Assembly: GCA_903920205.1 (NCBI GenBank)
Contig: CAIXLI010000063.1
Span: 7,913 to 71,912, forward strand
Length of the DNA: 64,000 nt
Direction: 5' to 3'
Origin: an uncultured Pseudomonadota bacterium
GTDB taxonomy: Bacteria; Pseudomonadota; Alphaproteobacteria; UBA9219
Shown here piece by piece: positions 58,788-64,000 of the stretch (the stretch's first letter is position 1; each line of letters starts with the position of its first letter). Made by a program: the position numbers and the translations under genes. Below the pieces are notes generated by a model that saw only the letters and a program-made list of their open reading frames with translations, was not told the DNA's origin and ran no database searches.

Positions 58788-60315
58788 TCTCGAAAACGAA
58801 AATAACGACGATTTCATCGAACCTGAGATCGGCGCGTCCGAAGAAGGCTCGTCGCGCGGCGGTATGGCCGGTAATCTGGCTGAAGCGTGGCGCACGCGTC
58901 CGTTTTTCAAGCTCATCGTTCTGATCGTTGCCGTTTTTGCGGTGGGCGTGGCGGGGATTAGCTTTTTTGGTGGCAACAATACGGCGGGGAACGAGGTTGC
59001 ACGCTTAGGCAAGCCTCCTGCTCTTAAAGAAGCCCCCGGCGGCGCGGCAACGCCCTATATGCGCCAGCAAACAGAAATGGCGAATAACGAGCGTTCCGAG
59101 CAGGCGATCGCCAACGGCGGCAGCGCCATCCCGACGCCAATAGGCCAGACGATGGATATCGGCAGCCTTGGTGGCACGGAAAAGAAAGAAGACCCGCTGA
59201 AAGAACTGCGCATCGAGACTGACATGCTGAAAAAGCAGATTCAGCAGCAACAGGTTCAACAGCAACAACAACAGGCCCAGCAGCGTCCTCCCGAGCAATT
59301 TGACAACTCTTTGGCCGAAGCGATGCAGCGCCAAATGCAGCAACTCATGGAAAGCTGGACGCCCAAGGGAATTAAGAACGTAGTCGTGATACGGGCAGAG
59401 GATTTAAAGGCCGAACAAGAAAAAGCGACCCAAGCTTTGGCGACAACCACCGCGACAGCCGTTTCCTCTACGGAAGCGACCGCACCCAAGATCGTGGTCA
59501 GCGCAGGCACGGTCAGCTATGCCCAGCTCTTGACGGAAGCCAATTCGGATGTTCCAGGTCCCATCCTTGCCCAGATCGTGTCCGGTCCCTTGTCTGGCGC
59601 ACGCGCGATTGGCGGTTTTCAAGTCGCCATGGGCTATGAAAAGTATCTTGTGCTAAAATTCAACCTTGCTGACAAAAAGGGCAAAGATTACCAAATTAAC
59701 GCTGTCGCCCTTGATCCCGATACGACTTTGGGCGGCATGGCGACCGAGGTTGACGAACGCTACTTTACGCGCATCGTTCTTCCCGCTGCCGCTGGTTTCT
59801 TGGAAGGCATGGGACGGGCGTTGGGGCAAAGCAATACGTCGGTTACGACCAACGGCACGACGTCTCTCTCTTCGGTGGCGGGCAACGGCTACAAGCAGGG
59901 CATCTATAACGGATTGGGAACCGCTGCGGAAACAATGAGCTCGTTCTTTCAGAACGAGGCCAATTTGACCAAACCGTTGGTGCGCGTTGCGGCGGGCACG
60001 CCTTTGGGCATATTCTTTGTCACGCCTGTGATGGAGCCTTCGGCGAGTAACGGGGGAAATCAGCAAAATATCCCTAACGGAGGCAATGGTCCCAACGGCA
60101 ACACCAACTACCCTGGCACGACCGTCAACGGTTATGGCGCAAGCCTTCCCGGCGGTGGTATGCCCTATCCGAATTATGCGACGCCATCTTCCAATCGGAA
60201 CAACTACCCTGGCACGTCACCCTTCGGCGCCCCTTCCTACGGCAACGCGTCCTATGGCGGCAATGCCTATGGGGCGATGCAAGCTTCGCCTTACTCTCAG
60301 AATTATGGACAATAG
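58777..60315 (+). CDS. dotG: type IVB secretion core protein, DotG/IcmE-like (VirB10/TrbI C-terminal domain)
   Basis: N-terminal transmembrane helix FFKLIVLIVAVFAVGVAGISFF, then a Gln-rich coiled coil (QIQQQQVQQQQQQAQQ). The TrbI/VirB10 signature is KIVVSAGTVSYAQLLTEANSDVPGPILAQIVSGPLSGARAIGGFQ...YEKYLVLKFNLA...INAVALDPDT..GGMATEVDERYFTRIVLPAAAGFLEGMG. It is followed by a G/N/Y/P low-complexity tail of about 90 aa. Overlaps dotH by 11 bp. Confidence 0.75.
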   Translation: MTNNLENENNDDFIEPEIGASEEGSSRGGMAGNLAEAWRTRPFFKLIVLIVAVFAVGVAGISFFGGNNTAGNEVARLGKPPALKEAPGGAATPYMRQQTEMANNERSEQAIANGGSAIPTPIGQTMDIGSLGGTEKKEDPLKELRIETDMLKKQIQQQQVQQQQQQAQQRPPEQFDNSLAEAMQRQMQQLMESWTPKGIKNVVVIRAEDLKAEQEKATQALATTTATAVSSTEATAPKIVVSAGTVSYAQLLTEANSDVPGPILAQIVSGPLSGARAIGGFQVAMGYEKYLVLKFNLADKKGKDYQINAVALDPDTTLGGMATEVDERYFTRIVLPAAAGFLEGMGRALGQSNTSVTTNGTTSLSSVAGNGYKQGIYNGLGTAAETMSSFFQNEANLTKPLVRVAAGTPLGIFFVTPVMEPSASNGGNQQNIPNGGNGPNGNTNYPGTTVNGYGASLPGGGMPYPNYATPSSNRNNYPGTSPFGAPSYGNASYGGNAYGAMQASPYSQNYGQ

Positions 60316-60372
60316 CCCTTTCTCGGGTAAACTCAGGCCGTCCGGTCTGATAAAAATCGCAGGAGTTTAGCT

Positions 60373-61494
60373 ATGACCGATATCTATGGCTCGGAGCCGC
60401 ATGATCACGAGATGGAGCATGACGACGCGTTAACCCATGATGGTGACATTGTGCATGAACCGCCTCCCGAATATGAATTTTCTGACGAGAACGGCTCTGC
60501 GATAGAACAGCCCGAAGAAGACGTTATCCCTTCATCCGAGGCGGGCTCGCCGCGTCGTTCGCCCTTTTTGCCGATAGCGGCAGCCCTTGGCGGAGTCTTG
60601 TTGCTGGGGGCTGTGGCTTGGTGGCAATTTGGCGGCGTATCGTCCTCTCCGCCTCCTCCCGTCACTAGAACGGCCTCGCCCATCCTTCCGGTAACCCCCC
60701 CGCCTAATGGGGCCCCCGCTCCTTCGTTGAACGCGGCGGACGCATCCTCTGGCGTCGCTCCAAAAACTTCTTCAACAGTGACGCAAGACAAGGATTCCAG
60801 CGGATCTTCGGCTCTTGTCTCTTCCGGTGTTGCTTCTTCCATGCCTAGCGGCGCGGCACAACAAGCCAAACCAGCCGATGCGTCTGTCGATGTCCCTGCG
60901 CCGACTCCTTCGGCGGCTTTCTCACTGCCTGCGCCGACAGTGCCGAACGACAATGCCGATCATCGCATCGAGATGCTGACGGCGCGCATCGATAATTTGC
61001 AAAATGCGCTCGATCAAGCGAATCAGCAATTAGGCCAGATGACAAATGTCCTCGCCGCATCTTCCGGTATCGGCGCTTCATCTACCGCCTCCGCTAAGGA
61101 TTTACAGGACAGGATAAACAAGCTTGAACAGAAAATAGCCACGATGAACGCCGTTTCTTTGACGCCTACTGCGGCTTCGCCGTCGTCCGGCATATCCGGG
61201 ATTGATGTTTCGCCCCCGCCGCGCAAAGCGGTGGCATCCGTTCCCAGACTCAAGGCGGTGCACAAAACCTCGCGCCAACATGTCAAAAGAGCTCCTGTGG
61301 AAGATCAAGCTGAGAGCAATTGGATTCTACGCGCGGCATCGCCCGGGCAAGCTTGGGTCGCTACCAGCGCGACGACGCATGAGTTGAAACAGGTTCAGGT
61401 CGGCGACAAGCTGTCCGGAATCGGGCGCGTTACCGCCATCCAGAAGCAGGGCGATGCCTGGATTGTGCGCGGAACCAAGGGGTCAATTCAGTAG
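60373..61494 (+). CDS. dotF: type IVB secretion inner-membrane core protein, DotF/IcmG-like
   Basis: RBS AGGAG before ATG at 60373. Acidic N-terminus, one transmembrane helix FLPIAAALGGVLLLGAVAWWQF, a Ser/Pro-rich region, a coiled coil, and a C-terminal beta domain WVATSATTHELKQVQVGDKLSGIGRVTAIQKQGDAWIVRG. Position after the DotG-like gene matches icmG. Confidence 0.5.
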   Translation: MTDIYGSEPHDHEMEHDDALTHDGDIVHEPPPEYEFSDENGSAIEQPEEDVIPSSEAGSPRRSPFLPIAAALGGVLLLGAVAWWQFGGVSSSPPPPVTRTASPILPVTPPPNGAPAPSLNAADASSGVAPKTSSTVTQDKDSSGSSALVSSGVASSMPSGAAQQAKPADASVDVPAPTPSAAFSLPAPTVPNDNADHRIEMLTARIDNLQNALDQANQQLGQMTNVLAASSGIGASSTASAKDLQDRINKLEQKIATMNAVSLTPTAASPSSGISGIDVSPPPRKAVASVPRLKAVHKTSRQHVKRAPVEDQAESNWILRAASPGQAWVATSATTHELKQVQVGDKLSGIGRVTAIQKQGDAWIVRGTKGSIQ

Positions 61495-61500
61495 GCAAGC

Positions 61501-61540
61501 AAGGCGGGGAGGAAAAAACCTTCCCTCGCCAGCTTTTTAT
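61501..61540 (+). terminator. probable rho-independent terminator after the dotH-dotG-dotF operon
   Basis: Imperfect stem GGCGGGGAGG/CCTTCCCTCGCC with one mismatch and loop AAAAAA, followed by AGCTTTTTAT. Confidence 0.5.
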
Positions 61541-61684
61541 ATCCCCCGTGACTTGTGCAGGCAGAAAGCGTAAAGAAAAACGCGGCATTCCCTTGCATTT
61601 TTGCCCTAAAACCGCCATCTAAGGAACGTTAAGTCGGCAAGTCCCCCCTGCCGGACCGTCAACCACGAACCTTGAACCCTGATT

Positions 61685-64000
61685 ATGATCACTTCTCTCG
61701 CGCGCAAGCTGTTTGGTTCCCATAACGACCGTGTTTTGCAAGGGCAAACGCCACTTGTCGCCCGCATCAACGCGCTGGAACCCCAGTTCAAAGCTTTGTC
61801 CGACGAAGCCCTCCGCGCCAAAACGGCGGAGTTTCGGGAACGTCTGGCTAACAAGAACGGCAAAGGCGGAGAGGCCCTCGATTCCCTGCTGCCGGAAGCC
61901 TTCGCCACCGTGCGCGAAGCCGCTTGGCGCGTCTTGGGACAGCGCCCGTTCGATGTCCAATTGCGCGGCGGGATGGTTCTGCATCAGGGCAAAATAACCG
62001 AAATGCGCACGGGCGAAGGCAAAACGCTGGTCGCCGTCTTGCCGTCCTATCTAAACGCCCTGACCGGCAAGGGCGTCCATGTCGTCACGGTCAACGACTA
62101 TCTTGCCAAGCGCGACAGCGGATGGATGGGCCGCATCCATAATTTCCTCGGCCTAACGGTCGGTTGTATCGTGCATGGTTTGGACGACAGCGAACGCCGT
62201 GCGGCCTATGCCGCCGATATCACCTATGGCACCAATAACGAATTCGGCTTCGACTATCTGCGCGATAATATGAAATTCGCGCAAGGCGATTTGGTGCAAC
62301 GCGCCTTCAACTTCGCCATTGTTGACGAAGTGGACAGCATCCTGATCGACGAAGCGCGCACGCCGCTGATTATCTCCGGCCCCGCCGAAGATTCGTCGGA
62401 ACTCTATATGCGCGTCAACGAAATCATCCCCAAACTCGACGCAGTTGATTTTGAAAAAGACGAGAAAAGCAGAACCGTCTCGCTGACCGAAGTGGGCAAC
62501 GAAAAGATCGAGCTTCTTCTGGGCAAAGCGGGGCTTCTGACTCCTGGCGGCGGGCTCTACGATCCCGCCAACGTCATGATCGTGCATCACGTCAATCAGG
62601 CTTTGCGCTCCCATACGATGTTTACACGCGACATCGATTACATCGTCAAGAACGACAAAGTCGTCATCATCGACGAATTCACAGGACGCATGATGGAAGG
62701 TCGCCGCTATTCAGACGGACTGCACCAAGCGCTGGAAGCCAAAGAACATGTAGCGATCCAGCGTGAAAATCAGACCCTCGCCAGCATCACCTTTCAGAAT
62801 TATTTCCGACTCTATCCCAAACTCTCGGGCATGACGGGCACCGCCCTGACCGAAGCGCCAGAATTTGCCGAGATTTACAATCTGGAAGTCGTCGAAATGC
62901 CGACCAATGTGCCGGTGCGCCGCGACGACATGAACGACGAAGTCTATGGCACAATGGCCGAAAAGAACGTCGCCATCGTGGCGCGTATCGAAGATTGCCG
63001 CAAGCGCGGGCAACCCGTTCTCGTCGGCACCGTGTCGATCGAAAAATCGGAAGCGCTGGCGGAAGTGCTGAAGAAAAAAAGCATCCCGCATAACGTGTTG
63101 AACGCCCGCTTCCACGATCAGGAAGCCACGATCATCGCGCAAGCCGGACGTCCGGGTGCCGTCACCATCGCCACCAACATGGCGGGACGCGGCACGGACA
63201 TCCAACTCGGCGGCAATTTCGACGCACGCCTTGCGGAACTTTCCGCGCAAGGCGAACCGGACGCGAAAACCGTCACCGCTTTGCGTCAGGAAATCGACGA
63301 AGCGCGCGAAAAAGTGCGTGAAGCAGGCGGCTTGTTTGTAATCGGCACTGAACGCCATGAATCGCGCCGCATCGATAATCAATTGCGTGGTCGTTCGGGC
63401 CGTCAGGGCGATCCTGGCGCGTCCATTTTCTTCCTTTCGCTCGAAGACGATTTGATGCGCATCTTCGGCGCGCACAATCAAACGCAGTCGATCTTGGCAA
63501 AGCTGGGGCTGCGCGACGGCGAAAAGATCGCCCATCCCTGGATCACGACGGCTTTGGCGAAAGCGCAGCAAAAGGTCGAAGGCCGCAATTTCGACATGCG
63601 CAAAAACCTGCTGAAATTCGACAATATCATGAACGACCAGCGCAAGGTCATCTATGAACAGCGCCGCGATATTATGGGGGCGGCGGATGTCTCCTCCATC
63701 ATCCGCGAACTGCGCGAAGAAGTGATTCACGAATTCGTCAGCAAAGCCATTCCCCCTCATTCCTATGTTGAACAATGGGATATCGCCGGATTGCACGAAC
63801 GGGTCAAAGACGTTCTGGCGCTTGATATGCCCATCGCGGAATGGGCGGCGGAAAACAATATCGCCGAAGTTGAGATCGAAGAACGCATTCGCCGTGCGGC
63901 AGAGGAAAAGCTGAAAGAAAAGACAGCCATTCTTGACGAAGGCGCTATGCGCCACGCGGAAAAAGCGGCCCTGCTCGGCACGCTCGATCAGGCGTGGAAA
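61685..64000 (+). CDS. secA: preprotein translocase ATPase SecA, 5' portion (continues beyond the window end)
   Basis: [19 protein letters not shown]...[20 protein letters not shown] is Walker A, and [19 protein letters not shown] is also present. Absent from the ORF track because there is no stop inside the window. Confidence 0.9.
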   Translation, partial: MITSLARKLFGSHNDRVLQGQTPLVARINALEPQFKALSDEALRAKTAEFRERLANKNGKGGEALDSLLPEAFATVREAAWRVLGQRPFDVQLRGGMVLHQGKITEMRTGEGKTLVAVLPSYLNALTGKGVHVVTVNDYLAKRDSGWMGRIHNFLGLTVGCIVHGLDDSERRAAYAADITYGTNNEFGFDYLRDNMKFAQGDLVQRAFNFAIVDEVDSILIDEARTPLIISGPAEDSSELYMRVNEIIPKLDAVDFEKDEKSRTVSLTEVGNEKIELLLGKAGLLTPGGGLYDPANVMIVHHVNQALRSHTMFTRDIDYIVKNDKVVIIDEFTGRMMEGRRYSDGLHQALEAKEHVAIQRENQTLASITFQNYFRLYPKLSGMTGTALTEAPEFAEIYNLEVVEMPTNVPVRRDDMNDEVYGTMAEKNVAIVARIEDCRKRGQPVLVGTVSIEKSEALAEVLKKKSIPHNVLNARFHDQEATIIAQAGRPGAVTIATNMAGRGTDIQLGGNFDARLAELSAQGEPDAKTVTALRQEIDEAREKVREAGGLFVIGTERHESRRIDNQLRGRSGRQGDPGASIFFLSLEDDLMRIFGAHNQTQSILAKLGLRDGEKIAHPWITTALAKAQQKVEGRNFDMRKNLLKFDNIMNDQRKVIYEQRRDIMGAADVSSIIRELREEVIHEFVSKAIPPHSYVEQWDIAGLHERVKDVLALDMPIAEWAAENNIAEVEIEERIRRAAEEKLKEKTAILDEGAMRHAEKAALLGTLDQAWK

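Noticed and set aside
1-64000. Searched by eye for tRNA-like T-arm motifs (GGTTCGAATCC-type), rRNA, CRISPR repeats, transposase or integrase genes and phage genes.
   Set aside because: None found. The T4BSS-like genes are not flanked by any integration hallmarks, so no mobile element was called.

Overview
This 64-kb window looks like the origin-proximal part of an alphaproteobacterial chromosome, with typical coding GC of roughly 55-58% judged by eye. It is a dense housekeeping backbone that includes mnmG, rsmG, parA, parB, gatC, gatA, gatB, cobS-like, nth, recF, rsmA, aroK, xerD, nadD, rsfS, rlmH, ihfB, metG, birA-like, gmhB, lptD, rhlE, typA, folK, folP, hda, dnaJ, pth, rplY, prs, rpsT, dnaA and the 5' part of secA. 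Three separate loci in that backbone carry genes that look like core parts of a Dot/Icm-type (type IVB) secretion system: a DotH-DotG-DotF-like operon at 57.6-61.5 kb, a stand-alone DotB/PilT-like ATPase at 25.2-26.3 kb, and a tentative DotM/IcmP-like membrane protein at 7.0-8.3 kb. Several lower-GC ORFans sit among the housekeeping genes. Other features are a short GC-rich REP-like hairpin family (one copy inserted in-frame inside xerD), a 146-bp element with perfect 35-bp inverted repeats after gatB, an RsfS with a histone-H1-like lysine-rich tail, and several clear rho-independent terminators. I saw no rRNA, tRNA, CRISPR array, transposase or integrase gene. All calls come from reading translations and motifs by eye; no database searches were run.
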